A DNA stretch of 26,844 nucleotides, counting the filler, from an uncultured virus (IMG/VR IMGVR_UViG_2061766007_000212) (Duplodnaviria > Heunggongvirae > Uroviricota > Caudoviricetes). It is 2 parts of one record of this genome, joined end to end, with 100 filler letters (N's around TTAATTAATTAA, not from the genome) between each part and the next. Parts side by side here need not be neighbours in the genome. Positions count along the whole stretch, not along the records: positions 1 to 12,229 come from IMGVR_UViG_2061766007_000212; positions 12,330 to 26,844 come from IMGVR_UViG_2061766007_000212. The stretch is one strand, 5' to 3'. The translations under genes and the position numbers were made by a program. Below the pieces are notes generated by a model, which saw only the letters and a list, made by a program, of their open reading frames with translations, made no database searches and had not been told where the DNA came from. Positions 9,795-18,865 of this stretch are shown in pieces; the first letter of the stretch is position 1, and every line of letters begins with the position of its first letter.

Positions 9795-9962
9795 TTATTC
9801 GTCTTCTTCCGGCTCCTGCTCCGGCTCTGCCAGGGCATCAATCACGTTCTGCAGGTTCTTCCGAACAGCAGAGATCAAGTCACGTTTCACTTCATCATCC
9901 GCAGCACGGTTTGCCTGTTCGAGGATTTCACCGGCTCCGTGCAGGATGCTGATCGCAGGCCA
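9795..9962 (-). CDS. Small acidic head-region protein, C-terminal part (allele of 10344-10565)
   Basis: Near-identical DNA to 10344-10511. Confidence 0.7.
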   Translation of the reverse strand, partial: WPAISILHGAGEILEQANRAADDEVKRDLISAVRKNLQNVIDALAEPEQEPEEDE

Positions 9963-9972
9963 NNNNNNNNNN

Positions 9973-10203
9973 AATCGTGCGGAGCATATTCACCTGATTC
10001 TGGAGTTCTGCGTATTCCGGCGTGGTTTTTACATCAATCTCCTGCGGTTTCGCCGCCTGTACCGCTTCATCAATCTTTGCCTGCACATCGCTGGTCAAAG
10101 TATAATTGGCAGACAGGCTCCTTCCGCTTTCCGTCATAATGTACTCGATCTGGTCATCCGTGAAACCTTGCGCTTTTAGATCAGCCCTTTTGAAAAGTGC
10201 CAT
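9973..10203 (-). CDS. Head scaffolding protein, N-terminal part
   Basis: MALFKRADLKAQGFTDDQIEYIM is a typical scaffold N-terminus; position before major capsid; AGAAAGGA RBS. Confidence 0.7.
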
Positions 10204-10284
10204 TTTTACCGTCCTTTCTTTCCGTCCTGACGATGGACGAATCGAAGTTGTTTACCGCCGACCTTCCACGGCGTAATTGGTATG

Positions 10285-10306
10285 AAAAAAACATCCTCTC
10301 GGATGC
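10285..10306 (-). terminator. Intrinsic terminator-like hairpin (second allele)
   Basis: GCATCC-GAGA-GGATGT followed by T-run. Confidence 0.65.
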
Positions 10307-10343
10307 TTATTCATCGAGTATGTTTTACTTGACTGCTACTTGA

Positions 10344-10565
10344 TTATTCGTCTTCTTCCGGCTCCTGCCCCGGCTCCGCAAGGGCATCAATCACGTTCTG
10401 CAGGTTCTTCCGAACAGCGGAGATCAAGTCACGTTTCACTTCATCGTCCGCAGCACGGTTCGCCTGTTCGAGGATTTCACCGGCTCCGTGCAGGATGCTG
10501 ATCGCAGGCCAGAGGTCACCGTTTTCCGGGATAAACTCAGGTTTTACAAGGCTTGCCATGTCCAT
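10344..10565 (-). CDS. Small acidic hypothetical protein (73 aa) in the head module
   Basis: AAGGAGG RBS; conserved across alleles with synonymous changes. Confidence 0.75.
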   Translation of the reverse strand: MDMASLVKPEFIPENGDLWPAISILHGAGEILEQANRAADDEVKRDLISAVRKNLQNVIDALAEPGQEPEEDE

Positions 10566-10602
10566 ATCGTTTTTCCTCCTTTAAACGGCCTTNNNNNNNN
10601 NN

Positions 10603-11541
10603 TTTACTGAAACCGGGAATGAATGGGATTTTATAATGCCCGCAGTTAATCCCGAACAATCCTGCCGCCTCGCCGTAACTGGTTTCGTTGAGGGCGTATA
10701 CATGTACTTTGTTTCCGTCAAAGTCTTCCACCTCTCCTGTCCAGTTGCTTTCCGAAATAACCTTACCCTGCCATGGATAGCAGAGCGGTCTTGCTCCGTC
10801 ATGCCAGGATACGGAGAACAGGTCGCATCCGTATTCGTGCATCTGCTCGGTTACGGCTTCCCGGGCGGTGTTCGCCAGCGTTGTGCGGATATCCATCGTG
10901 ACATACGCTTCCGGTGACCAGTGATGGTTCCCGTGGTCAATGTATCCGGTTATGCCGTTATCGACCATTTTCTGAACTGCATCCCGGACAGACTGATTCA
11001 GCGAGGAAACGCCGGAAACAACCTCGCCGGTTGCGGTGTTCAGGATGCCTTGTGTCCGCTCCATCCGAAAAGCAATATCCGCCACCGTTGTGCGATAGGC
11101 TTCCTGTGTGCTTTCCAGCATTACCGTATTCACAAGGTTTAGTTTGTCCGATGACTGCTGGTAGAACGCCTTGAACGCCTGCGTCATGTTGGGTGCGGTT
11201 TCCGGCGGCAGGAAACCTTCACCGAGCAACAGCCCTTTTTCTGCGGCTTTCCTTAAATCCGGCTCCACCTTTTTGATGCTTTCCCGGATAGTTTCTTCCA
11301 GCAGGTCAGCAAGAGCCGCATCCGCACCCTTCATGCTTTCAAGGATAATCGCTTCTGTTTCCCTTGTGACCTGTCCCAGTTCAGCAAGTTTGCGTATCTG
11401 ATAATCCCAACTGCCGCCGGGTGTCATGCCTTCGGCAATGTATGGGAAATGCCGGGCGAGGTTTATCAGGATGCGGTCAACAACTGCCCCGTATACTTCG
11501 CCCATTCGCCATGACATTTCCTCAATCCAGCGAGGGTTCAT
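10603..11541 (-). CDS. Minor capsid protein, intronless allele (C-terminus lost in gap)
   Basis: Reads through GLFG-INCGHY without interruption. Confidence 0.88.
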
Positions 11542-11545
11542 CTAA

Positions 11546-12229
11546 TCACTCCATCCCGCCGAATATCCGGTCAACAACAACCCCGTTCGTCTTGTTTTCT
11601 TCTGCGATCCGCTTCAGTTCTTCGTCAGCCTGCTCCGGTGTCAATCCTTGCCCGTACTTCCGATCTGTGAGGAAAGTATGTTTCGACAGCAGCCCGGCTC
11701 CGACCAGCATCACGCCTTCGTTGATATTCGTCTGACGATCCTGCGTTACGCCATCGTCAAAAGTGACGCTGACATGATATCCGCCTGATGCGAGGCTTTC
11801 GATGCTCTGGCCCTCGTAATCCATCTCATACAGAACAGCCACATCGATGATATTCCGCACCAGATGCTCGATTGCCGGTGCGAGCTGGTTCTGGATCGTC
11901 TTGATGGTCTTGTATGTTTTACTGTTCTCGCTGACTACCTCTGTAGCCGTTTTAAGGCCCGTATGCTGGTCGAAGGTAAACGTACCAGCAGAGAAACCAG
12001 TCTGCAGGCAGAGGATGGACAGGAAAGCGTTGATCGCTGAAACGTGCTCTTCCACCCGCAGCTCCACGCTGTTATCCTGTATATGCAGGTCTTCAGCCGT
12101 ATCCGTTGCCAGGGCTTCGTACACTTCATCGTTTGGGTCGAAGTATCTGATAGGAACCCCGGAAACAGGATCCACAACCGTCTTGATGCACCTTGCCGGG
12201 ACGATGATCCTTTTCCTGCCGAGCCGGAA
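11546..12229 (-). CDS. Portal protein, C-terminal part (another allele)
   Basis: Same motifs as 4238-4952. Confidence 0.88.
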   Translation of the reverse strand, partial: FRLGRKRIIVPARCIKTVVDPVSGVPIRYFDPNDEVYEALATDTAEDLHIQDNSVELRVEEHVSAINAFLSILCLQTGFSAGTFTFDQHTGLKTATEVVSENSKTYKTIKTIQNQLAPAIEHLVRNIIDVAVLYEMDYEGQSIESLASGGYHVSVTFDDGVTQDRQTNINEGVMLVGAGLLSKHTFLTDRKYGQGLTPEQADEELKRIAEENKTNGVVVDRIFGGME

Positions 12230-12329
12230 NNNNNNNNNNNNNNNNNNNNNNNNNNNNNNNNNNNNNNNNNNNNTTAATTAATTAANNNNNNNNNNNNNNN
12301 NNNNNNNNNNNNNNNNNNNNNNNNNNNNN

Positions 12330-13404
12330 CGATACTTTCCTGCATCTTTTCGTTGAAGGCGTTTTCTCCGAGGACCTTATGCACGAACTCGTTCAGCGGA
12401 TCGGGATTATCATCCGTTGCTTCGAAGCTGTCCCGGGTGACATTGACCGTGCACTCTTCGCCCCAAACGAGTGAAGCCATTTCCGCACAGATCGCTTTCG
12501 CTGTGTTCAGCCTGAACATCATTCGNNNNNNNNNNTGCGTGCAGCGTTTCCAGTGCGTTGCCGTAAACGCTCATGCCGAGAGGGGAGTTATCATCCAGAT
12601 TATTCGCAATCGGTGTGTGCCAGTACGTAAACAGGCTTTCCGATACCGGAATGACCGTTTCTTCCTCAAGATACGGATAAATGTCAGCAAGAGGCCAGCG
12701 CACTCCGAGAATATCCTGATCCTCTCCCTCGACTGCACCNNNNNNNNNNCGCATGGAGTGTTTCAAGGGCGTTGCCGTAAACGCTCATGCCGAGAGGGGA
12801 GTTATCATCCAGATTGTTCGCAATCGGCGTTCTCCAGTACGTAAACAGGCTTTCCGATACCGGGATGACCGTTTCTTCCTCAAGGTAAGGATAAATGTCA
12901 GCCAGAGGCCAGCGCACTCCGAGAATATCCTGATCCTCTCCCTCGACTGCACCTTTCCGCATTTCTGCCCGGTATAATTCGTTCGTAATCGTGTATGTAA
13001 GCCCGTTCCACCGGTGCCATTCAAGCCGGGTGTAATAATACCCGCCNNNNNNNNNNTTCAGACACGAACGAGTCGTAGCAGATATCAAGCGCATGAAGCG
13101 TCTCAAGGGCGTTGCCGTATACGCTCATGCCCAGAGGGCTGTTGTCATCCAGATTGTTTGCAATCGGAGTTCTCCAGTACGTGAAAAGGCTTTCCGATAC
13201 CGGAATCACGGTTTCTTCCTCAAGGTAAGGATAGATGTCCGCAAGAGGCCAGCGCACTCCGAGAATGTCCTGATCCTCCCCCTCGACTGCACCCTTCCGC
13301 ATTTCCGCACGGTATAATTCATTCGTAATCGTGTATGTAAGGCCGTTCCACCGATGCCATTCAAGCCGGGTGTAATAATACCCGCCCTTCGCAATACGGC
13401 TGAT
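12330..13404 (-). CDS. Portal protein, central fragments from about three alleles
   Basis: YYTRLEWH, TITNELY, PIANNLDDNSPLGMSVYGNALETLHALD repeated three times between N spacers. Confidence 0.8.
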
Positions 13405-13690
13405 NNNNNNNNNNNNNNNNNNNNNNNNNNNNNNNNNNNNNNNNNNNNNNNNNNNNNNNNNNNNNNNNNNNNNNNNNNNNNNNNNNNNNNNNNNNNNNNN
13501 NNNNNNNNNNNNNNNNNNNNNNNNNNNNNNNNNNNNNNNNNNNNNNNNNNNNNNNNNNNNNNNNNNNNNNNNNNNNNNNNNNNNNNNNNNNNNNNNNNNN
13601 NNNNNNNNNNNNNNNNNNNNNNNNNNNNNNNNNNNNNNNNNNNNNNNNNNNNNNNNNNNNNNNNNNNNNNNNNNNNNNNNNNNNNNNNNN

Positions 13691-14407
13691 CAGCATCTCG
13701 ATACCGCACATCAGGCCCTTTGTGGATCCCTTGATATCGTGTGCGTTATTGTCCGCTCCGCTGGTTATGATGCCAAACTTCTCGATCTCCAGCCGCAGAG
13801 CCTTGCAGGCCGGGTCGATGTACACGTCCGTTTCCCTCATGCCGTACTTGTTTCGCATGTATGGGAGATACTCTCCGCAGATATGCTTCGCCTGGTCACT
13901 CATCGCCATCGCTCCGCCGTCATAATGCCAGTTGCCCACCATGAACAGCGTGTAATTCTTTGGCCTTGTCACCGGGGAAACATTCTCGGCTGCTACAATG
14001 AAAAAGCCGATGCTCGTTGCATCAGTCGTGCCGCCGTCTCCGGCCACGTAAGCCTCGATCGGAGTGAACCTTTCTGGGATCTTGTTCAGCACATGCTTTT
14101 CCGGGTTGAACATCCAGTATATAACACCCTCAGGAATGACCCGTTCTCCGAGCCAGTCACGCTTGTAAAGGAACGGGCTTTTCCTGCAGGCCGTTTCGAT
14201 CTCTGCCAGCCTTTCCGGGGTCAGTATCGGGTTATCCTCGCACCGCCAATGAATGAACCGGCAGTCCTGAACATTCAGCACGTTCTTGATGCAAGGGTCA
14301 GCCGGGGATGGCGGGTTCAGGTCCGCAATATGCCAGCGGTCTTTCGCAGCGTATGTCCGGCGGAAGCACTCTTGCACCATGCTGTCATGCAGTAGGTTGA
14401 TTTCGCA
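13691..14407 (-). CDS. terL: Terminase large subunit, central fragment (another allele)
   Basis: CEINLLH…YIDPACK; near-identical to allele A. Confidence 0.88.
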
Positions 14408-14417
14408 NNNNNNNNNN

Positions 14418-14927
14418 AACATTCTTGATGCAAGGATCAGCCGGGGAAGGTGGATTCAAGTCCGCAATATGCCAGCGGTCTTTCGCAGCGTATGTACGGC
14501 GGAAGCACTCTTGCACCATGCTGTCATGCAGTAGGTTGATTTCGCAGAAGTAAACCGAACCGAGCGACATACCTGTTATCGCCTTGTGCGAGTCAGCTTT
14601 GCCGCCGCCCTTCCAGTAAACCTTTTTGTCACCGTCCGGGAGATGGATCAGCAGATGCGCACCGCTGTCATCATGGCTGGTTCTGCAATGGCCTTTGAAG
14701 ATGTGCAGAAGGCCCATTCCGTCACCGTCCATGATCAGCCGGAAAGCCTGCTCTGCGCTGTATGCGGTGACAAGGTGTATATTATCCCGGCTCCGTATCA
14801 GATGACGGGCGAAGCGCATGATCCCGGCGGTGGTTTTCCCGCTTCTGGGCGTTCCCTCCAGCCAGTCAAGAGTCCGGTCAAACGGCTTCATGATCAGGTC
14901 GGCTTGTTTGGCTCCCCACTCGATCAT
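14418..14927 (-). CDS. terL: Terminase large subunit, N-terminal fragment, allele B
   Basis: EGTPRSGKT Walker A; ATGA overlap with the terS stop. Confidence 0.9.
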
Positions 14928-15418
14928 GATTCGGCCCGCCTTTCCAGTTCAAGCAGACTTTGAAGCAGTTCGTTGCCGGTTTGCTCGGTCTGCACCATAT
15001 CAGCGGTCAGGTCTTTATATGCTGCCGCAAGGTCTCGCAGTTTGAATGACTTTGCCGCTTCCTTGACCTTCTGTATTCTCCGGCCATCCTGTGAAAACTC
15101 GTTCTCTGTTACGCTGTTCCGGGTTTCACTCCCGATCATGTCCGGGAGAGCATCAATTTCCCTTTCCAGTTTGCGAAGAAGTTTGGTTCTGATCCTGGCG
15201 GCGATCGTAGCATTATCTGCGGCAATATCGGCTGTTTTTTGCAGTGCTTTTGCGGTGGCTTTGGTTTCTGCCTCTTTCCTCATGGCAAACCATCCTTCAA
15301 CGGTTGCCCTGGGAGATAGGACATTGATGCTGACTCCGTATTTCTTCGCCAGCTTTCGGTAACTTGTTCCGCCGCCGATATACTCTGCCCGGATAGCGTT
15401 CCAGTCTACGCTACCAAT
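14924..15418 (-). CDS. terS: Terminase small subunit, allele B (start probably ATT 15418 or GTG 15427)
   Basis: DWNAIRAEYIGGGTSYRKLAKKYGV HTH; shares AADNATIAARI..KLLRKLE and FKLRDLAA with allele A. Confidence 0.8.
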   Translation of the reverse strand: MGSVDWNAIRAEYIGGGTSYRKLAKKYGVSINVLSPRATVEGWFAMRKEAETKATAKALQKTADIAADNATIAARIRTKLLRKLEREIDALPDMIGSETRNSVTENEFSQDGRRIQKVKEAAKSFKLRDLAAAYKDLTADMVQTEQTGNELLQSLLELERRAES

Positions 15419-15423
15419 GGGAA

Positions 15424-16089
15424 TCACCCCCGTTTTCGTGTCAGCAGGTAAAAGAAGGGAGTATCCAGAGCCGCGAGGATGAACTTCAGAACATACTGTC
15501 CGATCATCATTCCCGCCAGGCTCGGCCACATCGCCTTGTCAAACAGCCATCCGAAACCAAGACCGAAAGCGATGCCGATAAAAAGAACGGTGTCGATAAT
15601 CTGGCTGGTCATTGTGCTGGCATTGTTCCAGATCCACCGTCCGCCTTCTGTGCTGCCGTGCTTTGCGATGAACTTATCCCGGATTTTATGGAAGAAGAAC
15701 ACATCCCAGCTCTGGGAAGCGAAATATGCCACCATAGAGCCGATAACGAATATCCAGTTCTGACCCAGCAGACGCTCGTATGCAGCCTGTGCTTCCGGAT
15801 CTGCTGCCGGGAGATATTGTGTCATGACGATCAGGAGCGTCGCCACCACCTGTCCGACGAATCCCCATCGAACTGTCCGGTTTGCCTCTTTCTTTCCCCA
15901 GATTTCACCGATAACATCGGTTGCCAGGAATGTGATCGCATAGCAGAGAGCCGCGCCTGGGAGTGTCAGCGGAGATCCGAAAAGATTGATGCCGGTTGCA
16001 AACAGTTTTGCCGTTACTACATTGGAGATAACCAGGGCAACAACGAATACCATGTTGATTCCGATCAGGTTTGAATTGGTTTTTTTCAT
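15424..16089 (-). CDS. yhhQ: Queuosine-precursor transporter (VUT/YhhQ), allele B
   Basis: Same VUT motifs as 8476-9192. Confidence 0.9.
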   Translation of the reverse strand: MKKTNSNLIGINMVFVVALVISNVVTAKLFATGINLFGSPLTLPGAALCYAITFLATDVIGEIWGKKEANRTVRWGFVGQVVATLLIVMTQYLPAADPEAQAAYERLLGQNWIFVIGSMVAYFASQSWDVFFFHKIRDKFIAKHGSTEGGRWIWNNASTMTSQIIDTVLFIGIAFGLGFGWLFDKAMWPSLAGMMIGQYVLKFILAALDTPFFYLLTRKRG

Positions 16090-16113
16090 AGGTGTTTCCT
16101 ACCTCTTCCTTTT

Positions 16114-16791
16114 TTATTGCACCGGGTCTTTTAACCCGTTTGCTTCGAATGCTTTTTGTCGATCAATACAGGTTCCGCATTTTCCGCAGGGATGCTCCCC
16201 GCCTTCATAGCAAGACCATGTGAGATCATAGGGTACGCCGAGCATGGTTCCTTCATAAACAATGTCGGCTTTGGTTTTTCTGATGAACGGGGCATGGACT
16301 TCCACCTGTCCATCTGTTCCGTAGATTATCGCCCGGTTGATTGCCGCCGTGAACTCCGGCGTACAATCCGGATACGCATTCCCGGCCGCATCGTCTGCAT
16401 GAGCCCCGTAGTAGATTTCCTCTGCTCCGATGCTGACCGCGATACTGGCGGCAGCGGAGAGCATCAGCCCGTTTCTGAACGGAACGTATGTACTGACCGG
16501 TTTTCCGGGATCGTTTTTCTGCTGCTCTGCATAACTTCCTTCAGGAATAGCGTTTTTTGAGCTTTTAAGCAGGCTACAATCGCTTTTGCTGAAGATCGTG
16601 GATAAATCCAGCTCCATCAGTTCAACCCGGTAATATCGCGCAATATTCCGCGCAGATTGCATCTCCCTGTCGTGCCTCTGGCCATAATACATGTTGACAG
16701 CCAGCACATCCTCTGCATGATGCTTTTTCAGAGCAAAAGCCAGGCAGGTTGAAGAGTCCAGCCCGCCGGATAAAAGAACTACTGCCTTCAT
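16114..16791 (-). CDS. queC: 7-cyano-7-deazaguanine (preQ0) synthase QueC, complete (225 aa)
   Basis: SGGLDS PP-loop, YGQRH, TYVPFRN, YPDC, WSCY, CGKCGTC; ATGA coupling to the upstream gene. Confidence 0.95.
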   Translation of the reverse strand: MKAVVLLSGGLDSSTCLAFALKKHHAEDVLAVNMYYGQRHDREMQSARNIARYYRVELMELDLSTIFSKSDCSLLKSSKNAIPEGSYAEQQKNDPGKPVSTYVPFRNGLMLSAAASIAVSIGAEEIYYGAHADDAAGNAYPDCTPEFTAAINRAIIYGTDGQVEVHAPFIRKTKADIVYEGTMLGVPYDLTWSCYEGGEHPCGKCGTCIDRQKAFEANGLKDPVQ

Positions 16792-16940
16792 AAATATTTC
16801 TCCGCATACTGCTGATATTTCAGCCATTCTGTAAAGTTGTTCAGCGCGGCTTCCCGGCTGGCTCCGATCCGGTGACCTTTCGGAGCATCTTTTTTCCGCA
16901 TGGTCTTTCCGTCGAAGTAATACAGGAAACCGAACCTGTT
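16788..16940 (-). CDS. TGT/DpdA-like protein, C-terminal fragment (another allele)
   Basis: [14 protein letters not shown]…[13 protein letters not shown], copy of 17270-17422. Confidence 0.8.
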   Translation of the reverse strand, partial: NRFGFLYYFDGKTMRKKDAPKGHRIGASREAALNNFTEWLKYQQYAEKYL

Positions 16941-16950
16941 NNNNNNNNNN

Positions 16951-17256
16951 CGTACTGACCGGTTTCCCTGGGTCGTTTTTCTGCTGTTCTGCGTAGCTTC
17001 CTTCAGGAATAGCGTTTTTTGAGCTTTTAAGCAGGCTACAATCGCTTTTGCTGAAGATCGTGGATAAATCCAACTCCATCAGTTCAACCCGGTAATATCG
17101 TGCAATATCCCGCGCAGATTGCATCTCCCTGTCGTGCCGCTGACCGTAATACATATTCACCGCCAGCACATCTTCTGCATGATGCTTTTTCAATGCAACA
17201 GCCAGGCAGGTGGAAGAATCCAGCCCGCCGGATAAAAGAACTACTGCCTTTTTCAT
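16951..17256 (-). CDS. queC: QueC, N-terminal fragment (another allele)
   Basis: [14 protein letters not shown]…YGQRH; AAGGAAGG RBS. Confidence 0.88.
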
Positions 17257-17269
17257 TTCTTGACCTTCC

Positions 17270-18380
17270 TTATAAGTATTTCTCCGCATACTGCTGATAT
17301 TTCAGCCATTCAGTAAAATTATTCAGAGCGGCTTCCCTGCTTGCTCCGATCCGGTGACCTGCCGGAGCATCCTTTTTCCGCATGGTCTTTCCGTCGAAGT
17401 AATACAGGAAACCGAACCTGTTNNNNNNNNNNCTCATCTGCGTAAAAGAATGATTCCAGAATGTACGGGCGGTATTCCGTAACAGTTTTGTCATACCCCC
17501 CCATTCCGCCAGGGCCAGACACCGGCGAGNNNNNNNNNNGGTTGTCCAGGCTGTCGAGTCCACGCTGTCAAAATGACAGGTTTTTAACCAGTCCAACGCT
17601 GTGAATCCCAACCCGTGCACCTTAGCCCCTCGTTTATGAGCTTCGCCAATGAGCGCAGGAAACGCGCCGTATTTCTCTTTCCTGATCTCACCGCTGACAA
17701 TACCGCCGATCGCCACGTACCCGTACTCATCACACATCCTTTTATATTCATCCAAACCTCTTGAAAGATGCCAGACCGGGATGCATGGCCGGTTCGTCAG
17801 CTTTTCCAGTTTTGACCTGAACTGTTTTACCCGGTCGTATCCGACCACAACGTCGATGTCCAGTTCAAAGTACTTCTGAACATTGTTCCGGTTGATGAAA
17901 TCCGCATATCGTTCGATGTATTCGTCCCAATTCGGAGAGCCGCCCTTGCCTTGCATGAACGTGAACGCTCCGCTGTCGAGCAGGAAATCCCCGAAGTGCG
18001 GGATCAGCCGTTCTGTGTCTTCGTCCGCATAAAAAAAAGACTCCAGAATGTAAGGGCGATATTCATTAACAGTTTTGTCATACCCCCCCATTCCGCCAGG
18101 GCCAGACACCGGCGAGGTATAACTGCATTTGACCTCCGTTGACAGGATTTTGTGCATCCCGTTCTGTCCTGCAAGATAAATCTGCATTTTTCGTTTTTTT
18201 TTACGTTCTCGAGGAGTTCGTCGTGAATCCAATGCCTTGACTCCCCCCCCCGCCAGGAAAATTTCCATTGCATCCTCCGTGGCGTTGGTAAACGCTTGAC
18301 CTTCTGCCATTCTTCGGCAGGTTTCTTTCCAGAGCGGTTTCAGGTTGCCTGATACCCCCCACCGCCATATATAGGATCAT
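17270..18380 (-). CDS. Compact tRNA-guanine-transglycosylase-fold (DpdA-like) protein with frameshift-segmented, repeated N-terminal modules; interrupted by N spacers
   Basis: LLDSGAF, ELDID, IPVWH, VAIGG, VHGLG, DSVDS match TGT-family catalytic motifs; adjacent to queC and yhhQ; true start ambiguous (18380, 18268, 18187 or 18128). Confidence 0.72.
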
Positions 18381-18865
18381 GGCGTAAACCACTCTCCGCA
18401 GTGCGGGCATTTGATTTGCTTCGGCTCTTTGCCCTCCTTCTCTGGAGCAGGTGCAAACAGATCGTCAAGGCTGTCTGCATCCGGGAAAACGAAGTTCAGC
18501 TCTTCGAAGTCCTGGCCCTCAATAGCCAGGGCGGCGCACTCTTCCTCCAACGTCTGGAAGTCCCAGGCCGAGAGTTCAGCAGTTCGATTGTGTCTGATCA
18601 TGTATTCCCGCCGCTGTTTATCTGACAGGTGATCCAGCCGAATGCAGGGAACCTCATCAAGCCCGAGTTCCGTTGCTGCAATCTGCCGCCCGTGTCCCTC
18701 GACTATTACGTTGTCTTCGCCCCAGATACCGATTGGATCATTGAAGCCGTCTTCAAGGATTGACTTTTTGATCGCTTCGATATCATCCGGCGCATGACGG
18801 CGAGCGTTCTTTTCGTATGGTTTCAGATCACCCGGCGGCAGATATACAATCTGCAGTTTTTCCAT
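18377..18865 (-). CDS. ParB/Srx-like N-terminal domain protein with C-terminal Zn ribbon
   Basis: LKPYEKNARRH…SI…GFNDPI…IVEGHGR..AA..LG; CPHCG at the C-terminus. Confidence 0.85.
   Translation of the reverse strand: MEKLQIVYLPPGDLKPYEKNARRHAPDDIEAIKKSILEDGFNDPIGIWGEDNVIVEGHGRQIAATELGLDEVPCIRLDHLSDKQRREYMIRHNRTAELSAWDFQTLEEECAALAIEGQDFEELNFVFPDADSLDDLFAPAPEKEGKEPKQIKCPHCGEWFTP

Noticed and set aside
12274..12285. TTAATTAATTAA island between N runs
   Set aside because: Looks like an all-frame stop/linker artefact from scaffolding; isolated in gaps and unlike local composition.
12536..13404. Apparent tandem repeats of a portal segment (possible DGR-like or repeat array)
   Set aside because: Copies are strain alleles split by 10-N spacers with mainly synonymous changes; no adenine-biased variation and no reverse transcriptase seen.
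16114..17289. 391-aa ORF with doubled QueC N-terminus
   Set aside because: Chimera across an N spacer of two alleles; the real queC is 16114-16791.
18031..18038. T8 tract inside the transglycosylase core (ESFFY)
   Set aside because: In frame, and broken by synonymous changes in the other allele (about 17443-17456), so not a conserved switch.
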